Origin: Camelus dromedarius
Lineage: Eukaryota
DNA: 64,000 bases
Assembly (NCBI RefSeq): GCF_036321535.1
Contig: NC_087436.1
Coordinates: 30,630,001 to 30,694,000, forward strand
Direction of reading: 5' to 3'
Below the pieces are notes generated by a model. It was not told the DNA's origin, did no database searches, and saw only the letters and a program-made list of their open reading frames with translations. Of this stretch, positions 36,569-49,100 are shown piece after piece. Numbering within the stretch: position 1 is the stretch's first letter; each line of letters begins with the position of its first letter. Both the position numbers and the translations under genes were made by a program.

Positions 36569-37759
36569 CTCTAAATGCTCTGCAGAAAGACAGGAAGATA
36601 GTGGGAATAAAAAGCACATGCTATAACAAGACACTGATTCTACCTATAAAGGAAAATCAACAATGTGTATTTTAGATTTTTTTCTTTTTTCTTTCAGGCA
36701 TTGTACAAGTCTCCAAATAAGTGCCATTGAAGACAACCAAGAAGAACATTAAAAAATGTTGGGATGAGAAAGCTCTTAAGGGATGTTCTAACTTCCTGCC
36801 TGAAGCTGGAATATTGAATAGAGCTTTAGCAGGAGGTTCAAGGTTCATCCAAAATTCAGCTTGTTTGGAAACAGAGGTATTATCTTGCACATGGCATTCA
36901 TTGCTCAGACAATCTGGATTTTATCTAGCAGAGTGGGAAGGGATAGGCACTAAATGTCAAGAGCAAATGTGCGTAGAAAAGAACAGTTGCAGAGAATAAA
37001 GACATGAGAGAGCCACAGAGGAAAGTTCTCAGCCTTTCAATCCGCTGTCCTTCGGTGTCTCCTCAACATGTACTTAATACTGTGCAATAATGCAGTCTCC
37101 AGACGGCTGCAGTAAATTTCACAGGTAGTAAGTTACAGCTTTGGGTTCTCTTTTCAGTAATATTTATCGCTTCTGTCTGAGCCCTGCCATCTCTGCACAT
37201 TTGGTCCCCCTACCTGCAATGGACAGATCTGCTAAATATAGAGTAGAGGTATGCTTTGAAGGAATTATTCTTTCAATCTGTATGAAAATGGTAATGTATT
37301 AGTAAGATCTACTGAACACTCAGGTAATTAAATTTTATTAAATCAAAATTCTGTAATATCCATGATAAAAGGAACCATGTTTTTATGTTTCATGATATTT
37401 AGTATCATTAGCCTGTTTCATAAACAAATGAGTGAATGAATGGAAATATCAGAGGATAGGCCTATCTGTCCGGTTTTCCCACTCTGGGCCACAGAATTTT
37501 GGCTTTTATTTCCAGGTAGAATAAAGCTAGCCAAGTTACAGATATTAATAGAAACACAGAAATGAAACAACATCTGAGAGCTTTTAAACTTAGTATTTTA
37601 TCAACATGAGAAAAAATTGTTAACAATAGTTAAGGAACAACTATATCCCTACTCTGCATTCAGGCCTGAACATTATTTACTATTCAAGTCACGTACACTA
37701 AATTGGGAGGGATTTGATTTGATTCCACTATCTTTCAGGCAATATGGTCTACTGACTTT

Positions 37760-37950
37760 GAGAACAGGCTAATGACTTAGCCACTTTTTATTTGTTTTTT
37801 CTCTGAGTATGCTTCCTTTTTTTAGAAACTAGAGATTCTATATTCTATTTTGAGGATTGTTTTGAGAATCAAATAATATAATGCAATACATGCAAGCAAA
37901 ATACTTAGTTCACTGTTTACCATATTGACAATATCAGAAATTAATAAATG
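37760..37950 (+). mobile_element. MIR fragment
   Basis: ctctgagtatgcttcc...gaggattgttttgagaatcaaataatataatgca...aaaatacttag. Confidence 0.55.
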
Positions 37951-38037
37951 AATTAGAAATTAATAAATGTTTAACTTATTAAACATTTAAGAAATTAATA
38001 AACATTTAGTTACTAAGAAATTAATAAATGTTTAATA
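37936..38037. repeat. Patchwork of direct and inverted copies of agaaattaataaatgtttaa
   Basis: Four agaaattaataaa copies plus inverted taaacattta segments. Confidence 0.85.
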
Positions 38038-40144
38038 GGGGTTTAATCTGTTATTACTTTACTGTCCACCTTGAAGAGCTGAAAACAACTGATAATCGGT
38101 GCTGCCAACACCTGATCATAATAAAAGTTGCAGTTTTCTTGCTTGAAATTCTGTGATGTCTCTACAGCAAGTCCACAGTGCTCTTGTTCCTTACTGTGTG
38201 GACTCTTTGGTTTCTAACGTCCCAATCTTGAGGGTCTTATATTGCTCTTAGTCTTTGGAACAATAAATGCTAGGTAAACAGTTACTTTATCAATTAAAAT
38301 TTTGTTTTGATTTTCATGGAAAACTTTGTATTATCCAACCTGTGTGATATAACACTTCTTGCCTTCCTGGAAGACTGATCTGTGAAATGCTTACTCCATG
38401 CTGCACTCCTCACTCTCTTTCCTCTTGTCTGCACCATCTCACACCCAGCTGGGCACTTCCTGTATAACAATAATCCCTAAGCTGGCAGCAGGTCAAGAGG
38501 CTGATTCTCAGGCATTCCATCCTCTCTCCACATGGCTGCACTGGAATCTCCAAGGCCTTTAATGCCAGCCTCACTATGATGAAGAAAACCCATCTTTCCT
38601 ACATTATTATTTTAGCCATGTCTATATGAATAAAGGCAAGAAGAATGAAAAGCAACATCGTAACTCAGAACATAACTTATATAAGCATAGTAAGACCCCT
38701 ACAATCATGAAGAATAGTACTGACCAAGTTAATAAGGACTGAAATCAAATTCATGGGACCTATAGAGCTCAATATGGTGTGCTTTCTGGGGATGGAAAAG
38801 TAACTGTATTATCTTAGATTTCTACTGAAAAGTAGTGGAATCACAGAAATTGTAACATAAACACCACACAAACGAGCATCAAACTGATTTTAAAATGCCT
38901 CTTTGTATGTTCTATTGATTTTTCATTAATATGACCTTATTCTTAAACCTACTTGGTTGTGATCCTAATTTTCTACTCAATCTTTTGTTTAGATCCCACT
39001 AGGATAGTGATATAGTGTGATTATTCAGAAAGGCACAGGAAAGAGATTAAAACTCCCTGCTAATGAGAACAAGAGAAGGAAAAAGTAATGTGCCAATCTA
39101 AGTGTTCTACCTGTAAAGTGAGCTGCCAGACAAGAGGAAATAAATAATGCTTAATCACAAATCTCTTTTTAATGAAAAGAAAAAAGGTCTAAAAATAAAT
39201 ATAAACTAAAACAAACAGAACAGATCTAACGCAGGGAAGTAGTATAAATTTACAATATTGTATCTTTAACAATACTATTACAAAAGCTAAATTATCTTCA
39301 GATTATTATTTTATATAGCTATAAACTTACTCTTTTCTGAAAAATAATTATTTTTGTAAGAATCTAAATATGACATACTTCAGATATACATGTATTAGCT
39401 TCATTTTAAATATGATATTTATTATATTGTGTATAACTATGAATGGAAAGTTAATTGTAATACAGAATTATTTATATTTATATATGAAATGATAAAATAA
39501 GTTATAACAAATAATTTATAGTATGAGGCTTTTAATAGGTAATGAAAATAAACAATAACTTTAGAATATTATGGCTTCTGAAATATACATATGCATATAT
39601 GTTTCTAAATCATCTGATTATCTCCATTCTTGTATTAAAACTTTAATCTTTATTTTCTTTGATCTTCACTAAAATATCTCTAATATAATAATGTAAATAG
39701 CTGCATTTTAAAAATGGATTTTATTATAAGCAGTATAGACATTTTTAAATCTCATAATTATTCAGAGATAAATAAAAGGCACATTTTAAAATGTTAATTA
39801 CATTGCAAAATTATATTCCATTTGTTCCTTCACTTAAAATTGGTGTTATGTGAATATTAATTAAATCCAACTGTTCGGATGTATTACTCCGATTTAATTT
39901 CCTCTCAAAATTTTGAGATTTAATTTCCTCTCAAAATTAAGTTTTCATTGGCATTTATCCAATATTTAAGAAAAATTTAAATTGCTTTAGCCACTTTCTT
40001 TGAATGGGTTACAAAGTTAATAGCTATGAACAGGACTTGAGTTGTTGAACTGCACACAAAGAAAGAGCCAAGAAATATACTTTGATGGTATATTAATTGC
40101 ACATATCTCAGAGGCCCAAACAATTTCAGGAGGCTTCTGCTTGT

Positions 40145-40320
40145 GCAGCAGTATGGTATGACCGCTAAGATGATGACTCTGCAATCAGAAGGATTTAGGT
40201 TTAAAACCACACTGGTGTTTCTGAGATATGTGAACTTGGTCAAGTTACTTAATCTTTCTAAGTCTTGGATTCTTTATCTGTATTGCTAACAACAGTATCT
40301 ACTTTATATGGAAGCTATTA
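40145..40320 (+). mobile_element. MIR
   Basis: gcagtatggtatg...gactctgcaatcaga...tgtgaacttggtcaagttacttaatctttctaagtct. Confidence 0.75.
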
Positions 40321-40423
40321 GACTGGCATCAGGAAATATACTTCACTTAATTGCTTAACAAGCATTTACTGTAATGACTTTACAGTTTTATGTTTTGGTA
40401 GTCTATTTATCTGCTTTTTTTAC

Positions 40424-40697
40424 ACAGATAGGTTGATAAAAGGATACAAACTTTCAGTTATAAGATGATTAAGATCTGAGGATCTAAGGTGATTAAGTTG
40501 ATAACATGTATTGTTTTATGAAACTTCCTAAGAGAATAAGAACTAAATAATCTCAAAAAAAAAAAAAAAAGGTAAGTTTTTGAGGTAAAGGATGGGAATT
40601 CTTTCCCAATGTGAACATAAATGAAATCATCTCATTGCACACTTTAAATATCTTATAATTCTGTTTTTTAATTATACTCTAATAATAATAATAAAAA
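40424..40697 (+). mobile_element. L1MA9/10-like 3' end
   Basis: aaggatacaaactttcagttataagatga.taag.tctgaggatctaa...cactttaaatatctta.aatt with an A-rich tail. Confidence 0.8.
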
Positions 40698-41229
40698 GGG
40701 GAAGGTAAAGGCTGCCTGGCTGGGGTTGGTACTGATTAGAGTGAAATAGTTTTGGGACAAAAAAAAAAGTAAAATGCAGATAATTCAATTTCTCCAAAAT
40801 TGGATCTTAATAAAAATGGCATTCTATCTTCAAAAAGATTTTGATGCCATTCTGGAGTGCTTGAACGTGAGGGCAATTATGAATTATGGACTTTTGGGAC
40901 TGGATAAATACTTTAGACATAACTCCTGAACACACAGGCTATCTATAAATCTACATATAAAATAGCAAACATGTTAATTTTGAAAAACTAAAAAGTAGAT
41001 AAAAAAATCAAAAGCAGATTTCAATGTTAGGTATGGCCATAACCCTTTAAAATATATTTACCAAGGCACAAAATTGACCTTTTCAGTTAATCTGGGAAAT
41101 GTGGAAGGATTTTTGTTTGTGTTATATTGCAAACATGGTAAAACTCCATGTTTATAATATAATTTGACACCTTTATATATCCACACCTGTTTTAATGTGG
41201 TAATATTTTTCTCATTCTTGCTATACTTT

Positions 41230-41850
41230 ATTTTCTGTAAAGAACTGAAATGATACAGACATGTGCAATATTACCTCATCCCATTCACCCTCCCCAGAGG
41301 TAACCATTATCCTGAAGTTGAAGTCCATTCTTTTTGTTCGTTCTTTTCCTGTATTTACTTTACTTTAAATAGCATATATTATTTTCTAAGGTATTGTAAT
41401 AAATACAGACTATCTTAATGTATGTATCTTTTTGTAATCTTATTTTGCTCAACATTCTTTCCAGACTTATCCATGCTAACATACAGCCCAACCATTTTAA
41501 CTACTGTAAATTATTCCACTGTATGATTCAGTTACAATTTTGTTATTAATCCCACATGGTGGATATTTAAGTTGTTTCTAATTTTTACATATTGTCAATT
41601 ATGCTGGAATGAATATCTTTTCTTCATTGTCAAAATTTCTCTAAAATGTCTATTATTTTTATTATCCACATGTATACATACACACACATATTTATTTAAA
41701 ACATGCAGAATGGCTTGTTAAGGATAGGCGCCTTTTCAAACCTCATAGTTGTTTCTAACATTTCTTCAAAGTGAGATGTGTACAAATTCATATGCCCACA
41801 TGTGTAAGTTTCATTATTTCCATATGCTCACCTACACTTCCTACATGCTG
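41230..41850 (-). mobile_element. L1ME-like 3' region
   Basis: ccctccccagaggtaaccattatcctgaa; ttttgctcaacatt...ttatccatg; ggtggatatttaagttgtttctaatttt. Confidence 0.7.
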
Positions 41851-42394
41851 CTTTTGACTATGTTGTACCTTCACAACTTCAGACAGGTTCCTTAGACCAA
41901 TTTTTAATTTCTCATCTCATTGAGATATCCCTAGCCGTAGGAATTGACTGTCAATAATTAAAATAATAAACTAAATTCAAATATATTTAACTGTCTCACT
42001 GAATATGAGGAGAAAAGTAATTCAAAAACTAATAACAAAATTATATTTTGAATTATCTAAATCTCTGTCTATATATCTCTCAGAAACTTCTAACAGTAAA
42101 TATACAGTAATTGGCTTACAGTATATTTAACCAGTCAATTAGCAACATTTATTGAGATCTTAATTTTGGTTCCCAAGTTTTGGTGATGTGTATGGGAGAA
42201 GAAAAGTTCATGGTCTTTATTCTTCATGTGGTATAGCTGGTCTGGGATCTTAAGTAGTGTACTATAAACTAAGCAGCTGTATATGCAAGAAATGGAAAGC
42301 CAGTCTTTGCCTTCTAATACTTTAGAAACTAATATACTTAGGAGAAAAACAAATTTTAAAAATCAAATCATACAATTAAATCTGAAGTTAAATA

Positions 42395-42595
42395 TTATAG
42401 GTTCAATTACTGATTCCACCACATCCTACCTGTGTAACCTAGGGCAAGTTCCTTAACCTCTCTGTACCCTAATTTCTTTGTTTATAAAATTGGGAAGCTT
42501 TATATAAATACTGTAAAAATTTAATCAGTCAATATATGGAAAGTATTGGCAGTGGGATCTTACACATAAGAAGTGCTATAAAATGTTTGCTGTTA
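42395..42595 (+). mobile_element. MIR
   Basis: ctgtgtaacctagggcaagttccttaacctctctgtaccctaatttc...taaaattggg. Confidence 0.85.
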
Positions 42596-42659
42596 TAAAA
42601 TTCCTAGTAAAATATTAAATATCTTAGGAAATTACTCTAACCATTTTGAAGTTTAATAG

Positions 42660-43100
42660 GTCTCTCTTCTTTCGTAACTTCGCTACAACCCATTGTTTAG
42701 CAGACCTTTCAAAACTAAAACTCTAGTAACTACTGATCACTACCTCTATCCTGCCCACCCAGAGCAGAACTGGTTAAAACTTCCTATTTCTTCCCATTAC
42801 ACTTTGAATAAAAAAATTAAATTCCTAACTGTGATGTACAGAATCCCATGTGATCAGAACTCTACCTTCTCAAACTCATCTCTTCTTGGTCTTTAGCTCA
42901 ACAGTTTCCAACAGTTCTCTTGTATTCGTTAACCACTTAAAGGCCTTTCAAGTTTCTGAGCCCATGCACTGACTATTCCCTCCACTCTTCCCTGGATTTA
43001 CACTTTGTTTAATCTCTCACAGTCTTAAGGACTTAGATCCAATGCTACATCTTCAGAAAGTCTTCCACTGTCAGCGTATTTAGAGTTTCCCCCGCCCCTC
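42660..43100 (+). mobile_element. L2 fragment
   Basis: cccattacactttgaataaaaaaattaaattcct; tagatccaatgctacatcttcagaaagtcttcc. Confidence 0.6.
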
Positions 43101-46100
43101 ACCCCTATCTTGTGAGGTACCCTCAATGGTTTACAAATGGTTTGCTAATATAAATATGCTTCAGTAAGCACAATATTTGTCGATTCCAACTTACAGCTAT
43201 ATTTATGTATTTACTTACAGATAAATATTCAGACCCAGAAGACACTACCTAAAAATTGCACTCAACATTTTGCGATCCAAATTGAAAAGATCAGCTGATA
43301 TGCCTGAATGCTACTTCAACAGGCCCAGCAGTGAATGAAGTCTGTATATATATTTTAAAACAGAAATAGTAGTACCTGAAACATACTATCTCACTCACTG
43401 CATAACTGCTTTGGCAAGATTTAATATCTCCCTCAACACACTTACAGAGAGCTGACTAATTAAAAAGAAAAATAATGAAACAAAATCTTTCCATCTTAAC
43501 AGTCTCCTTAAAAGATTTATAAAAAAATATTGACGATATTTTCCATACATTATTTAATACCCTTTATTTAAGGACTTACCAGATTTATTATTGACTTAAA
43601 CATACAAAACTATTTTTTTTCCTGCAGTTAATTATAAATGGTCATTCTTACTTATAAAAATAAAGAAGGGGGGGTTATTTATTTTCTCACCATAACACTA
43701 TTAGGAAAAATAAAGTCAGTTAAGTCTGGAGGATTTGGTAAAGTTATCATCCTATCTCAGACATACAAGAACAAATAGTTTTATTTTCTTTAAATAGATT
43801 ACATGTGTTTAAATACTATATTTTGTGAATTAAATTATAAATTATGTAGAAACTGAAGCTCAATGGCTATAAATTTTACTCAAAAATATAAGGTCATAAA
43901 GAAGAAGCTAAGAGCATGAACTGGGGTTATCATGGAGAACTTATTCTGAGGAGACACTTGAAATGATCAAGGAAAGAAAATGCAGGATTATAATGGGTGA
44001 TGGGAACTAAAAACTTGCCTCATTTCCTAGGGATTGTTTAAGGTAGAAATAATCAAGACATGTTGGTAGAATGGTGAGGAGAACAGTGTTTACTACAGAA
44101 AATGCTGAGTTAAATTAAGTTGATAGGCAGTGTACAGTTCTATTTCTTACTATGTCTGAAGTTATGATACTCTACAGTCAAGCTAACATTCACAATGATA
44201 ACTTGGACATTGTAAAATTCTCAGTCATCAAAGAAAGACTGAATTATATTTACTGATTTACACGTACAAAGTACACCATTAAACTTTGTATAAGTTTTCC
44301 ACTATAAAGCTTTTATTATGGGCTTTAATTTAAATTTTAAACGTTTTAAACATAATTTTAATAAAATATTTTTTAAATTTATTTGAGGAGACTGTTCAAT
44401 TAATTCCATTTGGGAGCAATTAACAATTTTTGTTTAACTGCATTTTTATTCAACTGTGACATCAACAGTTAAGGAGTTCAAAATCTAAAATTTTTAAATG
44501 CATATGCCTCAGGGTCCATTCAAGTTACCAAAAACTTGCACCTGTATTTTAAAAATAAAAATAAATTTTCACCTTTATAAATTTTTTTGTTTTCTTTTGG
44601 ATCCTGAGTAAAGGCATTTCCTTGAATTGTATATATCTTCTTAAGAGAGATTAAAGAACAAATGACAAACAGATCTCACAGTCACTGTTATTTAAATATT
44701 AATTCCTTAAATGTAATCATGTTAGAGACAATCCAGAATTCTCAGAATAATTTTTTTGTCATCAATAAGCTCAATAAAAAAAAAAGCTGGAAAGTTCAAA
44801 CAAGTAGAAGGAAGCACAACACCTAAGAATCCAATGCTCAGAAACAGTCACACTTACTTTTTTTTATAGTGTACTTCCTTCTCAACTTTTGGCTCTGTGC
44901 ATTTTCTGTAATAATTATGAGTATGTTGTATATACATAGATGCATAATCAGATTTTTTTCAAAGTAATTTCCAGTTTTTATTTTTACTGAAGTAATACAT
45001 AACACTGAAAAATACTGAAAATAAAAAGGTGAAAACTATCATGAATATGTTCACTTCTTAGAAAGTTTGGCATTTTTATTATGTTGGTTGTGTATTATTG
45101 ATGTTTTTATATCCCTATATCTTTCATAATTGAAAATACACACTTTATATTTATTTTGAGAGTATTTTTACACGAAAATATGAAATCCTAGATAAAAGGT
45201 TATAAAATACTGTTGTCATGGGTAATTCATTAAACATTTCTAATTTTAAAGTTGGTAAATGATCAAAACATATTTTTGGATGTAGAAACATTTTCTTAAT
45301 CTCAAAGTCAATGACTTTAGCTTATGTTATCATTTTTCTGACTTTATTGAAAATTTCATTAGCAAATTATCACACATATTCTTGGAAGGCACTTAATTTT
45401 TAAATAGATTTACCTACAGAATTGGTTGAAATACTAAAAATAAGTGAAAAAGAAGCATGCTCACTCTATCTGTTCCTTTTCTGTTTTTAGTTTTTGTTTT
45501 TTTGTTTTTTTTTTTTTTGGTTTTGTTTTTGTTGTTTCACTGTAACTGTTCCTGACATAGAAATAGTCGTAATAAAATTTCATCAAGATTAAAGTTTTTT
45601 AAAATGTAGATAGCTGTGCCTATTTGGCACTGGGAGTATCTTTGGGTCTCTATACATTCACATTCCTTGAAATCTACGGTAGGCACAGTCGGAAAATGTA
45701 TCTTTTAAACACCTGGAGAACTTCTATGTGAACCTTTACATCAGGGAGACAGGTTGCTTTTAAACTGTTGTTGTCACATATTAAGTCAAACTTGCAAAAT
45801 TTCCATACATTTTAATTTTACATTTAACAGATTCCAACAGCACAACAAATAAGTAACAGTCACTAGCTCATTTTTCAGCTTGATTTGCAGCATTTGATTT
45901 TTCTGTAATTATTTAGTTCAGACAAATATTTATTTTCTTCAAAAATTGTTTTTATTCTTATATCCATAAGAAATTTCACATATTTATATAACATTATGAC
46001 ATGGTGAGATAAGTCATGCTTTAGCTATCTGAACTAAATGTAAATTTTAATAGTAAATTTCATATTTTGCTTAGAATGTTTTTATAACAAGCATATAAAT

Positions 46101-49100
46101 AAAGACTTGTCAAAGAAATAAGGTCCAGATTATACTCTGTATGTACCCTGATGAATTTATATTCCCCAAGGGCCCATCATTTTACTCATACTTGACTATG
46201 TAATATGATATGGAATTATCCTAGAATTTCAAATGGGATGCTTGGGAAATTGGCAACCACGTAGCTCAGATTCCATAGTTTCTGAGCTATATTTTAAAGA
46301 CTATTAATACTCTGTTACTTGGGTTTATGGTATATTAAGTTTTAATTTACTTAAAAGTAAAACAACAAGGAAGTGAAACATTAATTACAAAAGAGCTAAA
46401 TTGTATTTGTATTCATTTTCTATCACTTTAAAGCCAAAAGAATCTTTTAGGGGGAAAATACTCAAATTACCATAAGCTTACATATTTTGTTTATAGCTAT
46501 AAATTAAATATCAACTACAAGCAAACCGCATTTTAAACATTAATTAAAAATTGCAGACTTACAGTGGATGGCAGAAAGGGCTTCAAGTTAATTTAGCTGT
46601 TTTAATTCAATCTGACTGACTTAATTATACAGCCATACTTGGTTGAAAGAGAAATACTTTTTCTTTCTTTTGATGAATTTAAAATATATGAAACTTCACT
46701 ATTCTTTCCAGAAATAATGGCACAACTCACAGTAGATTTTAAACATTACTGACATGTATGTAAAGGTGCAGAATGATGACCTAATTTTTTGCTAAATTCC
46801 ACCATGTATTCATTTCACTTTTATTTATAAGCAATTTTCTGCAGGCTATAAATGAAGAACTATTTGTGGCCCAGAGAAAGTTTGTTGTGCTAAGGCATAA
46901 TCAGTAAATAGCAATGTTTGTATCCCTATATATTTTTTCAAATTTGTACAAAATTTTGTTCATGTTCATTTCTGTTCTATCTGTTGGCCACGCTGAGAGG
47001 CTCTAGGCAAAAACCTATTTTATCTTAGGCTGGACTCTCTCCATAGAATGACCAAGCATTTTAGGTTGCTTATTCCCATCTTTCCTTACTTTTCCAAAAG
47101 CCAAGTTTCATTACTCTGCCCACCAATGATACTTTTTTATAACTTGTCTCAGAGACAAAAGTATCCAAGATAGCCTAGGCTGGCCCATGCTTACTTGTTA
47201 ATTATGTGTTTCACCAAGGGATTATTTTATTATGTTCATTATTATTGATAATTTTTCTGGTTCAGAGCAGAGGTCAGTGGGAAAATACCTGAAATTTGGT
47301 AGTGTTAATCTACACTCCAAACTCCACCACAGACAGCTGTTTAGGCTCTCCAATTTAGCCAGCCACACTGGAATCAGATCAATTTTAGCTTTTAATGAAT
47401 ATCACATCTTCATGACACCTGACAAGGCACTCCACACTTGTAATCAAGACTTGCATGCAGTGAACTTTGGTCACCTGGATCACCATCTATTAGAGTAACT
47501 AGGTTTATAGAGCCTTAAAGATGGAAGAAAGTTTGAAAATTTCTTCTCATAGGGGAAAACTTAAAGACTCCTAAATTTTACCATAGTGAATGTTCTTAAG
47601 TCATGTAGCTTGTTAGTGGCAGACAGGAATAAAAACTTTGCTTAGTTGACACTGAGGCCAAGGAACCAAGGACGTCAGCAATTTTAAAAAATTATACTCA
47701 TATATAAGGATTTAATAACAGTTAATCACAGAGGTTGATTCCGTCTTTCTTACATGAATGTCTCTAATCAAATGACTTTAACTACATTCTCCTTCCTCAG
47801 CTTTGACATATCCGTAAGTTATTCATCAGATAAACCCTGCCATGAATCCAATGAGAAGTGCCATAAAAGCACCATTAACTCATACTACACATCCCTCTCT
47901 CTTTCACACCCATTGTCATTATCCTCTTACAACATTTATACTAATTCTAATTGATGGATTCCATCAGCAAATTAAAAAACAGTACTCTCTAGACTTCAGT
48001 GATGAAAAACATACAGAGTAAAACAATATGTTCTTTGGAAATGCAGCACTTTGTTATCTTTATGGTGCAGAGTGAAAGACAAATTAAGGGAAGAATGCTG
48101 TGCAAGCCTTTTTTATTGCTTTTATGATAATAAGATAGTCTTTATTTGTTTTGATTGGGTGATGCAAATACATTGTTCTACTATAATTTATTGATTTGGT
48201 TAAAAATCAGTGGATGCCTGATTGAAAACTTACAGGTGTTTCCTTCTGATAGTTTACATTAGCAATTTAAATTGCATTTATAAGCTTAAATGGTTCATGA
48301 ACAACTACTTGGTTCACTTCTCTAAAGAATACCCTACATTTCATGGCGTAATTTTTTATTAGCACTAAGTTGTAATTCATACAATAATCTTTTTTTGATA
48401 AGGAAGTAGGTGACATTTATTGTGGAGAAAGTTAGAATGAGAAACTGAGTGCAAGGTAATATTTATCAGAGGCAAGGGAGAAATTACAACAATATTTTTA
48501 TATGCTCTTGAAGTCTGAAATTAAAATCAAATCTTTCCATTGTGACAATTAGAGTGTAACTAAAAGCACTCTCCATTTTTATATGTGGTGCCTCTTTGTC
48601 TAAAATTCAGATCTGAGGTGTAAATTCAGCAGAACTACTCAAGAAACCCATGTATAAAAATGATTCATTGCAAAAAGAAAAAGATATCCAAGTGCTCCCA
48701 AATATTCAGTGTCAGAAGCCTGAGGTAATATTGGATTGTAAAGCAACTTCCACTCTTCCTGAACCAAACTGCCACAGTGATTTTTTACTGAAACCATCCT
48801 TAATCTGTCTCTATAATCCTTCACTAACACTGGAGATAATCCTACCCCATGCTGCAAAGTGTGTCTCATGCTTGTTTCAAATCCTGGTATTGGCTGGAAA
48901 GCACCACTGTAAGACTAAAAGACGTATTTTAAAACTTTATGTTGTTATCCTGAGTTCAGTATACATGAGTTATCACTAATAATCTTCTCATTAATTGTGG
49001 AGAATAATGATGCATAAACAATGTTGAGAAAATAACCTCATTTAAAGAAATCTGTATCTTTCTTTTGAGTTGATTTAACCAATAATAGTAGAAATTTTCT

